Shown here: one piece after another, positions 51,503 through 63,560 of the stretch
Layout of the letters: each line of letters opens with the position of its first letter
How positions within the stretch are numbered: the stretch's first letter is position 1
Assembly: GCF_016432865.1 (NCBI RefSeq)
Contig: NC_067398.1
Span: 551,490,001-551,554,000 of the forward strand
Length of the DNA stretch: 64,000 nt
From: Antechinus flavipes
Lineage: Eukaryota
Direction: 5' to 3'
Notes under the pieces: model-generated
The model's database searches: none
Seen by the model: only the letters and a program-made list of their open reading frames with translations
What the model was told of the DNA's origin: nothing
Position numbers and translations under genes: made by a program

Positions 51503-51782
51503 GCTCGGCAAGGTGGGGCAAGCTTGGAATTCTTTGCTACTGGAGAAGCTGAGGCTAGTGGATCTCAACCTCGGGTTTCAGAGTTGCAGGATTCCTAAAC
51601 CAATCAGGTATCCACATTAAGTAAGGTACTAAAATGCTGAGTCTGAAGGAACAGAGGACCATCAAGCTGCAAAGGAGGGGGAAATCAGCCCAGGGAGGAA
51701 ATGAAGCAGGTCAAATCTCCCATGCTGATCTATGATTGGGGTCATTCCCCTGACACCATAAAAAAAAAAAAAAAAAAAAAAA
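51503..51782 (+). pseudogene. RN7SL: 7SL (SRP) RNA-derived retrocopy or SINE-like element with A23 tail and TSD
   Basis: 51536-51564 gctactggagaagctgaggctagtggatc = 24/29 to mammalian 7SL (recalled sequence); 51697-51730 ggaaatgaagcaggtcaaatctcccatgctgatc = 30/34 to the S domain GGAAACGGAGCAGGTCAAAACTCCCGTGCTGATC; A-run 51760-51782; TSD aagggacctc (51492-51501) / aaggaacctc (51781-51790). Confidence 0.9.
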
Positions 51783-52614
51783 GGAACCTCTTAGCTTTAG
51801 TCTCTTCTTCTATAAAAAGAGACCTACTCCAAACTATATTTGAGCAATAGTTCTCTGTCTGACTAGCAAATGGTCATCTAAATTTTATTTAAAAGTTTCT
51901 AGCAAAACTATTACCCCACTTTGCAGTCCATTTTGATTTTGGCTAGCTATATCATTAGCTATTAAAAAATGAAATCTAAATCTGATTCTTCTTTACAAAT
52001 TCCATTCATCTTTCCAGTTTACTTGTCTGAGTCTAAACCAAAAAAAGTAATCTCTTTTCTATATTACATTCCTTTCTAATGATTGACGACACCAATTAGT
52101 TGTGCCACTTTTATTCCTTACCCCTCATTATTCTCTTTTTTAGTTTGAACACCATCAGTTCCTTCTAAAGAACTTCAATAATGCATGATAAATAAATGTA
52201 TGAGTAATTTAAATTCATAGATGACAATAAATTAAAAATCCGACCTCCCTTCTAAATTGTTACCAGAATCCTATTAAACATAAGTACTAGCACAAAAATC
52301 TTCCTCCGATATGTTATCATAGTTTGGATATGACACTAGGTTCTCAAAGCTGATCAAGTGGAACACAAAGTCTTTAGGCTGGTCTTTCTACTGCACTGGC
52401 AAAGCTTTATGAATAGGAATGATCCATTTTTTATTTTAAGCCCAGCCCAGCTAAGTCCAGAAAGGCTTCAAATTACATGACTGATGGGAAACTGATGGTT
52501 TTTTTTTTTTTTTTTTTGGCTATTACATTTTTTGTATTCCTAGCACCTATCACATTTTCTGCATATGCAAGAGGTGTTTAATGAATAAAAAACATATTGA
52601 ATAAGAGACAGGTA

Positions 52615-52830
52615 GCTGGGTGGCACAGTGGGTAGAACATTGTCCCTGGAATCAGGAAGATATGAATTCAAATCTATCTCAAATATTTATTAGCTGTGTG
52701 ATCTTGGGCAAGTCATTTAATCTCTGTGCTTTAATCCATTGGAGAAGGAAATGGCAAATTACTCAAGTCAAAATCTTTCCCAAGAAAACCCCATAGAAAG
52801 TACAGTCAACAGGGTCATGAAGAATCAGAT
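52615..52830 (+). mobile_element. MAR1-type SINE
   Basis: agctgggtggcacagtgggtagaac..tggaatcaggaag...ggagaaggaaatggcaaa. Confidence 0.85.
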
Positions 52831-53219
52831 GAGAATAAATAATAAAAATTGAGTAAGAGACATTCAGGTGGCATAGTGGATAGAGCTCTAGCCTTGAAGT
52901 AAGGAAGTTAAATTCAGATCTTGCTTAAGATAATTACTAGTAATGTGATTGTGGTTAAGTTGCTTGCCCTCTCAACTCCAATCTTTTCATCTTTAAAATG
53001 AGGGAATAAGATTCAAATGAAGTGATGTATTCAAGAGCTTTGTAACTCTTAAAGTACAATATAAATGGTGTAAATTCTATTATGATTAATTGAATTTACT
53101 ATGTCAAAGAAGAGTTGTGCTTTTTGTCCTTAGATGAATATTTACATTGTTAAAATTACAAATAATTACAGGATTAAAATAAGGAAATTAGCAAAGAAAT
53201 GGCCAGCTACCTTTCCAAT

Positions 53220-53460
53220 ATCCTTGCACTTATTCCCATCCATATTCTATAAACTCTGTAGTCTAGTCACATTGACCTACTTGCTATTCCTCATACATCA
53301 TGCTCCATCTCCCATTTTTATCTCCATGCTTTTGGACTGGCTCTTTCTGCTGCCTGGAGGACTCTCCCTTGCCCTTTGCCTATTGAAATCTTCAAGACTC
53401 AGATTTTGTAGGTGGATTTCCCTTGCTCCTGCAAGTCACTAGTGCCTTTCCTTCCAAAAT
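53220..53460 (+). mobile_element. L2 3' region remnant
   Basis: ctagtcacattgacctacttgctattcctcatacat...tttctgctgcctggaggactctccc. Confidence 0.65.
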
Positions 53461-53526
53461 TAGGGCTGTATCTTGCGTATGCAAACATTTACATATGCAT
53501 ATATATATAATCTAAATTTATATATC

Positions 53527-53656
53527 TTTTTGTTTGTTTTTGCAAGGCAATTGGGGTTAAATTACTTGCCCATGGTCACACAGTTAGTAAGAGTTAACTA
53601 TCTGAGGCTGGATTTGTACTCACGGCTGATGTTCTATCAACTGTGCCATCAGCCCC
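53527..53656 (-). mobile_element. WSINE1
   Basis: tttgtttgtttttgcaaggcaattggggttaaattacttgcccatggtcacac...ctgtgccatcagcccc. Confidence 0.8.
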
Positions 53657-53682
53657 ATCTATATCTATTTGTGTCTATCTAT

Positions 53683-53977
53683 NNNNNNNNNNNNNNNNNN
53701 NNNNNNNNNNNNNNNNNNNNNNNNNNNNNNNNNNNNNNNNNNNNNNNNNNNNNNNNNNNNNNNNNNNNNNNNNNNNNNNNNNNNNNNNNNNNNNNNNNNN
53801 NNNNNNNNNNNNNNNNNNNNNNNNNNNNNNNNNNNNNNNNNNNNNNNNNNNNNNNNNNNNNNNNNNNNNNNNNNNNNNNNNNNNNNNNNNNNNNNNNNNN
53901 NNNNNNNNNNNNNNNNNNNNNNNNNNNNNNNNNNNNNNNNNNNNNNNNNNNNNNNNNNNNNNNNNNNNNNNNNNNNN
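53683..53977. other. Assembly gap (295 N)
   Basis: Ns counted directly; flanked by TATC-like repeat. Confidence 0.99.
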
Positions 53978-55125
53978 ATCTTAATATATATTTAATGACT
54001 GATTGAGTGGTTGAAATGCAAATATCAGATAGCTCTGCCATTCAGGGATAATTACTTTTTGGGTAACTCAAAATTACTATGCCTCAAACACTCCAAAAAA
54101 TAGACTGATTAAAAATATTCAAAGGAATTCAGATATATGGTCTGTAGTCATGTATTTCCTACTAAGCATGTAAACTAGAATTAATCCTTTCTTCCCATCT
54201 AAAAAATGGGAAGAATTCCCTTATGAAGAAGTTAATCAATCAATGAGCATTTATTAAGTACCTGCTATATTCCAGGCACTGTTTTAGATGCTGGGAACAG
54301 GAATACAAAGTCACTTCTCAAAAATGTCAACCTATATAAATACATACCGAATATAAATAAAGAAAAATAAATACTGTCTGTTCAATACCCAATACCACAA
54401 ACTCAGAATAAATTTTCCTATTGCTGTAAAGCCAATTCAGAAGGAATTAATATTATCCGGTGTCTTGTTAGATTGATGTGAAATGGATTTGCTTGTAGAG
54501 CTCTGAAAATGTGCTAGTGTAGAACACCTTTTTAAAGCTACATATATAAAACATTGAGAAAGCTGGGAAAGTCTTGTTTTTTTACACATCCCATCTTTGA
54601 TGAAAGCTCAAACACAATACAAGCACTATAGATTTTTACCCATATAGATTGCTACCTAAAGAACATCATGTAAGTACCAAAAGACTAGCTCTAGGCTTTG
54701 CTTTCAGAGAGTTTTTTTTACACATTTTATTCCTGCATATTTTCTTCTTGTATTGGCTTAGAATATTAAATGACAACCATAGTAGACCTAAGTATCTTGA
54801 AATAGACAAAATTGTAGAAAAGACAAATGATAGCTTAGTGTAATGAGATTTAATTCAATGTTTATTAAATTATTTTATTAAGTATCTAAGTTATTGGCAT
54901 AGAAGATCTGGAATAACAGAAATAAAAATGAAGCAGTTCCAACTCTCAAGGAACTTTTTCTATCGGGGGAGGGGAAAGATGCAGGAGGAGAGGGGTGATT
55001 TACAATTCAGGGACTGGTGCTTCTGATGATCCCACCTGCACTGACTATGATTTCCACATTCCACATTCAGACAACAAGAGCTACTTTTTCGAATCTTTCC
55101 CAAATTGTATATTTCCTTTTCTTAG

Positions 55126-55268
55126 AGTCTATTAGAAAGAAATATTCTGTCATTTCCTACTGTCAATCCTCTTAGAATTATTTTACAAGGACAGATTTGC
55201 TTATCAACATGTTTTCCCAGTCATAATGAAGGGACAACCTGTATATCATTCATCAAACTGAATTTCAG
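55126..55268 (+). CDS. Candidate exon (phase 0 to 2), unknown product
   Basis: Acceptor atttccttttcttag|A, donor TTTCAG|gtaaga; 143 nt open in one frame: SLLERNILSFPTVNPLRIILQGQICLSTCFPSHNEGTTCISFIKLNF; no recognised homologue. Confidence 0.25.
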
Positions 55269-56097
55269 GTAAGACTATTCTGTTTCAATAACTATATGCT
55301 CATGTTTGTGGGTAGGGAAATGGTGAGAGTAGACTAGACAGCTCCAGTGTAGAAAATAGCATGGAGATACTCTATTATGTTTCCTATATTTTCCTCTACC
55401 TGTGCCATTCAAACTTATAATTTCGCTATAAAGATATTCTAATTTGGTAACAGAATATCTTTGGATTTGAAATATTTTAAACTGATTCTAAATTTTGTTC
55501 TAGAAGGAAATTTAGAGGCCACCTAGTTGTCGAATCTTTAAATGTCCATTTAGAGGGTCTCTCAAAGATATGGAGTATTCCTGGGATAAAAGAGTGCTGG
55601 GGAAATTTTGGAGCAAAAGATAATATATTGAGCCTAGTTCCATATAAAAAATAATATGCTGAGCATAATAAGTATTTTTGATACATGCATTATTCCATGA
55701 TTAATATTTTCAGAGGAAAATATTACTAACATTCAAATGATCTCATGAAGCTCCTATTCACACTGTGTGGAACACAAGAGCTTTATGGAACCCAGGTGGA
55801 AAAGCACTGTAGAGCATCTTTCATTTTGTCCCTGAGTGTGTGGGAGATGGGAGGGAACCTATCCCAGGAATAATGACAGAAAAACCTAAGGTATCCAAGA
55901 TACTGGTTATTGTCTCCAAAGAGACTAACAGGGGCAGCTTGGTTGGACATAGTCATTCTTTAATAGCTTCCTTTGTTCTTTATTAACACATCAATCTTTG
56001 AGAACTGCATTGGAGCTTTGCTATTATATAACTGGTTGAGCCAACAAATTGAGAATCAGATTTTTTTTTTAAGGTCCTTACCAAAGTGAGAACTTTA

Positions 56098-56605
56098 TTT
56101 GTATATATATGTATACATACACTTGCACATATATATTTGTGTATGTATATGTATGTTCATTATCTCTGTATGCATTCTTATCGAATTTTCAAGAGTTTGT
56201 GTCATTGTAAATATCATGAACATCCTCATTAGGTTTGTCATGAAAAGAAAAAAAAAAGGAGGCGACTATGTGACTTCCATATTCTGAAGGATAATCTATA
56301 TGTATTGAACTGATCACACACACGCACATGTGAATATACATATACATAAATTAGTATATACACACAAAAATTGAATTGATCATACATATGTACATAGATT
56401 TATATATACATATATACATCTATGTGTATGTGTATATACATATCTATATCATGGTACATATATATGTGTGGTATATATATTATATATATATAATTATTGA
56501 ACTGAACTGAATATACATATGTAATACATATACCATGTATATGCATATGTGTGTATACCAACACATTTATGTGTATAATATAGACATATATACATGTATA
56601 TTGTA
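56098..56605. repeat. Degenerate (TA/CA/TG)n tracts
   Basis: Alternating RY sequence in two blocks. Confidence 0.75.
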
Positions 56606-56667
56606 TGTAGCTATTGATCTTTGATCAGCTTAATGTATGTGATTTTTCCTTATAAAATAAGGAAGTA

Positions 56668-56812
56668 GGGCAGCTAGGTAATATAGTAGAGAGAACACTG
56701 ACCCTGGAGTCAGGAAGACCTACATTCAAATCCAGTCTCAGACATTTGGAACATCCTAACTGTGTGATCCTGGGCAAGTCACTTAACTCCAATTGCCTCA
56801 TCAGAAACAAAA
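56668..56812 (+). mobile_element. WSINE1
   Basis: gggcagctagg...ctggagtcaggaagacc...gggcaagtcacttaactccaattgcctca. Confidence 0.85.
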
Positions 56813-57357
56813 GCAGAGAGAGAAGTATTCCTTTCTAACTACCTTCCTTGCTTCCATTACAATTTGGATTATAAAAAATAAAATGTGTAATATTTTCCAT
56901 GCTCCATAAATATTCTTACTAATCAATGACACTTCTCTATGTGGATGGAAAGGAGATAATATTATATATGACTTAATTGCACCTTGACAACATAGCAAAT
57001 ATCTGCCTTATAATGTAATCTAATGCAAATGCTAAAAAATAAAAAAAAACTTCATTTCTCAAAAGCAATAATTTCCCCCTGAGAATTAAAGTCTAATCAG
57101 GTTTCATTTCCTTTGTCTTAAGATGTCAAATTACATCTGCACGGATAATAAGGGCTGGCCAAATTTGACCTTGCAGCAAACACCCAAGATGTTCTTAGAA
57201 GAGAAAAAAAAATCCATTCTTGAGAATCCAAAATAATAGTCTTCATGAAAAAAGTTAGGAAAGGAGTAAGTCACACATACTCCCTTCCAATTACCAAGGC
57301 ATTATTTTTATGTCTGAATAATTAAGGTAATAGACTTCTTGGTACATTTGAGAGAGC

Positions 57358-57580
57358 ATGTAGGTGGTGCAGTAGAGGGAGGGCAGGGTCTGGAGTCAAG
57401 AAGACTCATCTTCCTGAGTTCAACTCTGGCCTCAAACAGTCATGTATCTGTGTGACCCTGGACAAGTCACTTAACCCTATATGCCTCAGTTTCCTCATTT
57501 GTGAAATGAGCTAGAAAAGAAAATAGCACCATTCAGTCATGAAGAGATGTACAAACTAAAAAATGACTGAACCACAACAA
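57358..57580 (+). mobile_element. MAR1-type SINE
   Basis: taggtggtgcagtagag..tggagtcaagaagactcatcttcctgagttcaa...gactgaaccacaacaac. Confidence 0.85.
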
Positions 57581-57906
57581 CTGGTATTTTTCTTGAGAGA
57601 ATTTATGCACCTTCTCATTATTGATTTCAATTTTTAATTTATATTGACATGAGATTATTTAAAATATCTTTAGCAAAATCTGACAAAATAACCATATGTT
57701 ATCTTCAGTGTGTCAAGAAATGACCCTAATTTCAGTGGGCTAAGTCTTTTGAGATATGTGTATGCAATAGAGATGGAATGCACTGAGTCATCTGTGCTCT
57801 CTTGCTTTTTTTTTTTTCTTCCTTATTTTTGGAAGTTTAATCTCAGTATCCACTAGTAACTGCTAGAGCAAAAAAACACCCCTTGTTTCTTCTGGAGATT
57901 GATCTT

Positions 57907-58500
57907 TTTTTTTTTAATTTTTATTTAATGATTACTTTATATTGACAACATTATCCCTTGCACTCGTTTCTTTTCCGATTTTTTTCCCCTCCTTCCCTCC
58001 ACCCCCTCCCCTAGATGGCAAGCAGTCCTTTATATGTTGGATATGTTGCAGTATATCCTAGATACAATATATGTTTGCAGAACCGAACAGTTCTCTTGTT
58101 GCATAGGGAGAATTGGATTCAGTAGGTATAAATAACCCGGGAAGAAAAACAAAAATGCAGATAGTTCACATTTGTTTCCCAGTATTCTTTCTTTGGGTAT
58201 AGCTGCTTCTGTCCGTCATTTATCAATTGAAACTCAGTTAGGTCTCTTTGTCAAAGAAATCCACTTCCATCAAAATATGTCCTCATACAATATCGTTGTC
58301 GAGGTGTATAATGATCTCCTGGTTCTGTTCATTTCACTTAGCATCAGTTCATGTAAGTCTCGCCAAGCCTCTCTGTATTCATCCTGCTGGTCATTTCTTA
58401 CAGAACAATAATATTCCATAACATTCATATACCACAATTTACCCAGCCATTCTCCAATTGATGGGCATCCATTCATTTTCCAGTTTCTAGCCACTACAAA
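57907..58500 (-). mobile_element. Young 5'-truncated L1 with 12-bp TSD
   Basis: TSD gagattgatctt at 57895-57906 and 58505-58516; ARNWKMNGCPSIGEWLGKLWYMNVMEYYCSVRNDQQ, same subfamily as 14597-15479. Confidence 0.95.
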
Positions 58501-58779
58501 TATAGAGATTGATCTTAAAGTAAAAAATGAAAAATAATGAGATATAGGAGTTGAAAGAAGAAAGGTAGTAGAATAGATAGGAGGATTGTTTAAAACAACA
58601 GTTTTAGCTTCAGTTTAGTCTCTCTCTCTCTCTCTCACATATATGCATACGCATATATATAAACACAAATATGTGTGTGTATATATGTATACATGTATGT
58701 GTATATATGTATATATGTATACATGTATGTGTGTGTGTATATATATATACATATACATATTTTAAAATTTCATTTTAGA

Positions 58780-58970
58780 CTCACAATAGCTATCTGGAGT
58801 AGGCACTCAAGAATCAGTCCAATTTTCTTTCAGTCTTTCAGATGAAGAAACTGAGGCTCAGAGAGAGGAATTAACTTGCCCCAAGTCACACAGTCAACAT
58901 CAGGAGAGTCATTAAATGAAGATCTGTTTGGCTCTGAGTCCATCACAGTAAGCACTATACCACACTGCTA
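58780..58970 (-). mobile_element. MIR SINE
   Basis: ttcagatgaagaaactgaggctcagagag...cttgccccaagtcacacag. Confidence 0.7.
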
Positions 58971-60187
58971 CTCTGAGACATCCCTATAAAGCTCCACAGC
59001 CAATGTCCAAGTGTAACAATTAGGAATTTTACTACCACTGTGTGTGTATATTTGCTGAATTATAATTCAAGACAAAGCTATTAGAAAAGACTCATTTAGC
59101 ATTAGTTTTAATTGGCTGCACCACAGACTGGATCATTAGGGTGACAGTTTGCACTGTGATGGATGAACACAAAGCACTGGAGCTCAAAACTGAGGTTTTT
59201 TTTTTTTTTTTGTTGTTGTTGTTGTTTTGGAGTAAATTAGTTTGCAACTTTGTTAAAGTCAAATAACATGGGCCAAAGCCGAGAAGAAAATTTAGTAATG
59301 TCTCATAGCAGACAATAGACTTTGAAATTTTGGCTGGATCATGCATTTATGGCAATTTGAAATCGTTAATGGAAGGGAATTAGTTGGCAAGAAATCTAGG
59401 CATTTAAAAAAGAGCTTTGTCTTCAGGGATACTCTGCAAATGCTACATAAACCCTATTGGCAAAGCTTTTTTTACCCTGGTATAAACATCTGTTCGAGGC
59501 TTCTAAAAGAAATAAAAGGAGAGTATATGATCTGGAAGGGATCTTTAAAATGATTTAAATCTGATTTTCACTCATTTTTCCTAAAGTACAAATAAGAATA
59601 CTGAGGCCCAATATATAGCCCAATGTCGTAAATGATATTTAGATTTTTTTCCTCCATTATACAATCAACTTCTATTAAGAGTCAATCAATAAACATTTCT
59701 TAAGAACCTACTATGTGTCAGTTATTCTTGGCTTCTACAACTTGCTTTTTGTTCCCCTTCAGAAATTTGAGAATCATTACTGTAATGTGGCATAGAGAGC
59801 CAAGATTTTGGAGTTGGGAAGACTTAAATTCTAATCTCTGCTACATCCTGGTCTGTTCCTCTAAACCCTAAACAAGTCCCAAATGTTAATAGAGTACTCT
59901 CTTGTTGCCTCTTGGGGCATTTGTGGAATTAATACTGTGAATCTGAGATTTGGGTGATACCTATGAAGTCTGTATGATCAGAGTAAGATGGTACCTGACC
60001 ATCAACATCCTAAAGAGAGTGAGGGTACAGTAAGATCAGGTAAAAATATTAAAGGCAAAATATAGTTAAATTCTTACATATGGTATGTATATAACATATA
60101 TAATATAATATAAATTTCTCAATGAAATGGGTATGGAGAGAGAAGAAGGGAAAGAATTTGAAACTCAAAGTTTTAAAAACAAATCTT

Positions 60188-60400
60188 TTTCTTTTAATTA
60201 TAGCTTTTTATTTACAAGTTATATGCATGGGAATTTTACAGCATTGACAATTGCCAAACTTTTTGTTCCAATTTTTCCCCTCCTTCCTCCCATCCCCTCT
60301 CCCAGATGGCAGGGTGACCATAATATGTTAAAGTATAAATTAAATACAATATAAGTATACATGTCCAAACAGTTATTTTGATGTACAAAAAGAATTGTAC
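60188..60400 (-). mobile_element. L1 3' tip inserted into an older plus-strand L1 3' tip (~60125-60450), 15-bp TSD
   Basis: TSD ttaaaaacaaatctt at 60173-60187 and 60401-60415. Confidence 0.85.
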
Positions 60401-60796
60401 TTAAAAACAAATCTTAAAAATTGTTCATACATTTAACTGGGGAAAAATAAAAGACTAAAAATTTTTAAATGTTATAATTGGGCAGAAATTTAAGTAGTGA
60501 AGAAAATGATTTGCTGCTCTCTCAACATCACGGGCTTAGAGTCAGGAGATTGGAACTCTAGTATAGACAACTAAGTAAGTGAGAAATCATCTATCTTTTT
60601 GGTTAAGACAGTTTCTCTTTCTGGATCTTGGTTTCTTATTTTGGAAAATCAAGTGGGAAGGACTGGTTAATGAAGTCTCCAAATGTTGGTAGATATAAGA
60701 AGGTTTTAGCCTCAATGACTTGCCTCTTTAAGTTCTATGATTTTTCAACTTCATGAATCTCTAAGCAAGACAATTTAAATACAGGGGAATTACATC

Positions 60797-60988
60797 CAGG
60801 GGTCCTCAAACTATGGCCCACGGGCCAGATTTGGCAGCTGAGGACGTTTATCCCCCTCACCCAGGGCTATGAAGTTTCTTTATTTAAAGGCCCACAAAAC
60901 AAAGTTTTTGTTTTTACTATAGTCCGGCCCTCCAACAGTCTGAGGGACAGTGAACTAGCCCCCTATTTAAAAAGTCTGAGGACCCCTG
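60797..60988 (+). mobile_element. Non-autonomous OC1-type hAT MITE, copy 2
   Basis: TIRs caggggtcctcaaact ... agtctgaggacccctg (15/16 match); 192 bp. Confidence 0.9.
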
Positions 60989-62782
60989 AACACCATCCTC
61001 ACACATTTTACTTTTTTGCACTGATCTGTATATAATTTGACTCCTCAAGTAGCTTCATATTGTTGTCCAAGATAATGTTTTTCTCCGTGACATGGTGATA
61101 TAGAAAATGAAAGAAGAGCTAGTTTTCTCTAGCTACAGCTACATGGGGGAAAGAGTGGGAATAGGGAGGGAGTCCCCAAGTTCTTAAGTAAGGCCAGAGA
61201 AATTGCCAGGTTAGGTAACATGATTATGTGGGGAAAAAGGCTCAGACAATCTCATATATAGTTTATTATACTGTTCATAGTTCATAGCACTGCTTAACCC
61301 TTCATTAAACTGTGGCTATCCTTAGCACTTAGTATAGTTTCTGGCTTAATAAAATTCTTATTAAATATATTAAGACAATTAAATAATACAATTAATATTA
61401 ATATTAATGTAAATTTCTTGAAGCATGGATTGTTTCATTTTATTTTTGTATCCTCATACAATGATACCTATTGCTATGTCTAAACTCATTATGTCCTAAT
61501 ATTAAATACTTATGGGCATTGGTTTTCTTAGCTAAATTGTGTAAATACTCACATACTAGAAGAGTGCCTCATACCTCTTTTGTATTTACACTACATCAAG
61601 CACAGGGCTGGATACCTGATAAAGACATTGAATGCCCAATGCCCCATCTGTCCCCAGTGCAATGAGCCTGATTCTGTAACTTCATCCATTAACTCCACAG
61701 TGAGTGATTTAAGTAAGTTTGCAATTTCCCCAAAAGATCATGCAAAAGAGAGCTAACAGGCTTTTCCTCAAACATCCATCACTCTTTTCAAATCTCCATG
61801 TTGTGGCTTAAATTAACTGCTCCAAGTCTTGTCACGATTTCTGTGGGACTGCATTTGGGAGAAGTTAGCTTTCCACTGAATGGGAGCCTAAAACAATTGA
61901 ATTGCACAAAATGAGGATAACCAATAACCCATGCTAGGGCAAGCTAGATTTACAGCAGGGAAGGTAGGCCTGTTCCAAAATTGTTTAAACTATTGATGAG
62001 ATAGAGTGTTTTGAATATGCATGAGTATTATTGAGGGAACAACAGCAGAAATGAATTTCAATAATTAATTAAGCCTATTTATTTCGCTGATTGGTTGTGA
62101 AGACTTGCCAACTAGATATAGTTTTAAAAAACCCCAACAACACCTTTCTGGAGCTTGTAGAATGAGATGAAAAACAAAGACCTGATTATGTATTAAATGG
62201 TTATTTAAATAATTATAAATTATTATCTCAATGATGTTCATTTTAAATTTTATAAATATGTTATTTCTTACTGATTGTTATACCTGAATTCTTATTCTTT
62301 TTAAATTATGTAATTTTCTTTTTTTAACTTCCTAATGCCAATCATCTTCCCCAAAATTTCCTTCCCTTCTTCTTTATCCCAAATAGATCCCTCCACTGTA
62401 AGAAAACAAAACACAGGGAGGAAAATCAACATATTGAACATATATTTATTGCCTAACAGAGGACTTATGATTCACCACAGATCATTGTTCATCCTCTGTT
62501 GTTAAAGAATATCAATGGCATCCAGAGGATGATGTCATGATTCATTATCAAATTTGTCTCCTCCTTCCTCAGAAATTTGAAGTCTTTCTTTGGGGATGGG
62601 CTCCTAGTGTAAGAATATATTAGATATAGAGCAAGAAGGGACCACACAAGCTTTTGAACACAATTTCCTCATTTTGCAAATGAATTAATTGGGCCTTGGG
62701 AGGTAAGGTGAGGTCCAAAGTTACAGAGATGATATGTATGCATCAAGAGTAGGGAATGGGTCAAGGTCATATAATTTTGTTA

Positions 62783-63012
62783 TTGTTCAGTTGTTTCTTT
62801 GTGACCTCATTTGGGTTTTTCTTGACAAAGGTATTAGAATGGTTTGCCATTTCCTTCCTCAGCTTATTTTATAGATGAGAAAACTAAAGTAAATAGGTTT
62901 AAATGACTAGTCCAGAGTCACATAGCTACTGAGTATCTGAGGCAAAATTTGAATTCAGATCTTCCTAATTCTAAGCCTGACACTACATCTACTCCAACAC
63001 CAAGCTGCCCCC
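62783..63012 (-). mobile_element. MAR1-type SINE
   Basis: tattgttcagttgtttc...aatggtttgccatttccttcctcagcttattttatagatgagaaaac. Confidence 0.8.
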
Positions 63013-63239
63013 ATGATTTTAAAGATGCACTTCTTTTCTTTATGTCACACATTCATAAAGGTACTCTATGTAAAATGGACCTTGAAGTATGAGAAAAGAT
63101 ATGTATGGGGGAGAGGGAAGGGTAGGACATTCGAGTGGTGAAGAATAAACAAAAACATGGAGGAGAAAAAGGCCAGGCCATTTCTTAAAACAACACCTCT
63201 CTGTGAGCCTTTATTACTTAATGGGAGAAATTTAAATTT

Positions 63240-63560
63240 GTGTATCTGGAGTTTGCTTGGGTTCAGTCACTCCTCACCTCTGACATGGATTATTGGCCCC
63301 CTACTTGGTCCCCCACCTCAGTTTCTCCTCTTTTCCTCATACAACTGCCATGATTATCATCTTGGCATAGGTCTGATTTTGTCAATCTCCTGCTTAAAAA
63401 AAACAAAACCTCTTTTATTGGCCCTAGCCCCTAGAACAAAGCACAAACTCCTCAGATTGATCTTGGAAATCCTTCACACTCAGCTCAGCCTTTTTACATT
63501 TCTCTCCTTTAGGTACTTCTTGAGGAAGCCTTCATCAGCACCAATCTAGCCCGAGTGCTT
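63240..63560 (+). mobile_element. L2 ORF2 C-terminal remnant
   Basis: LALAPRTKHKLLRLILEILH resembles L2 LPIASRIKYKLLCLAFKALH. Confidence 0.65.

Noticed and set aside
53473-54041. ORFs of 108-177 aa
   Set aside because: Artefacts of the 295-N gap.
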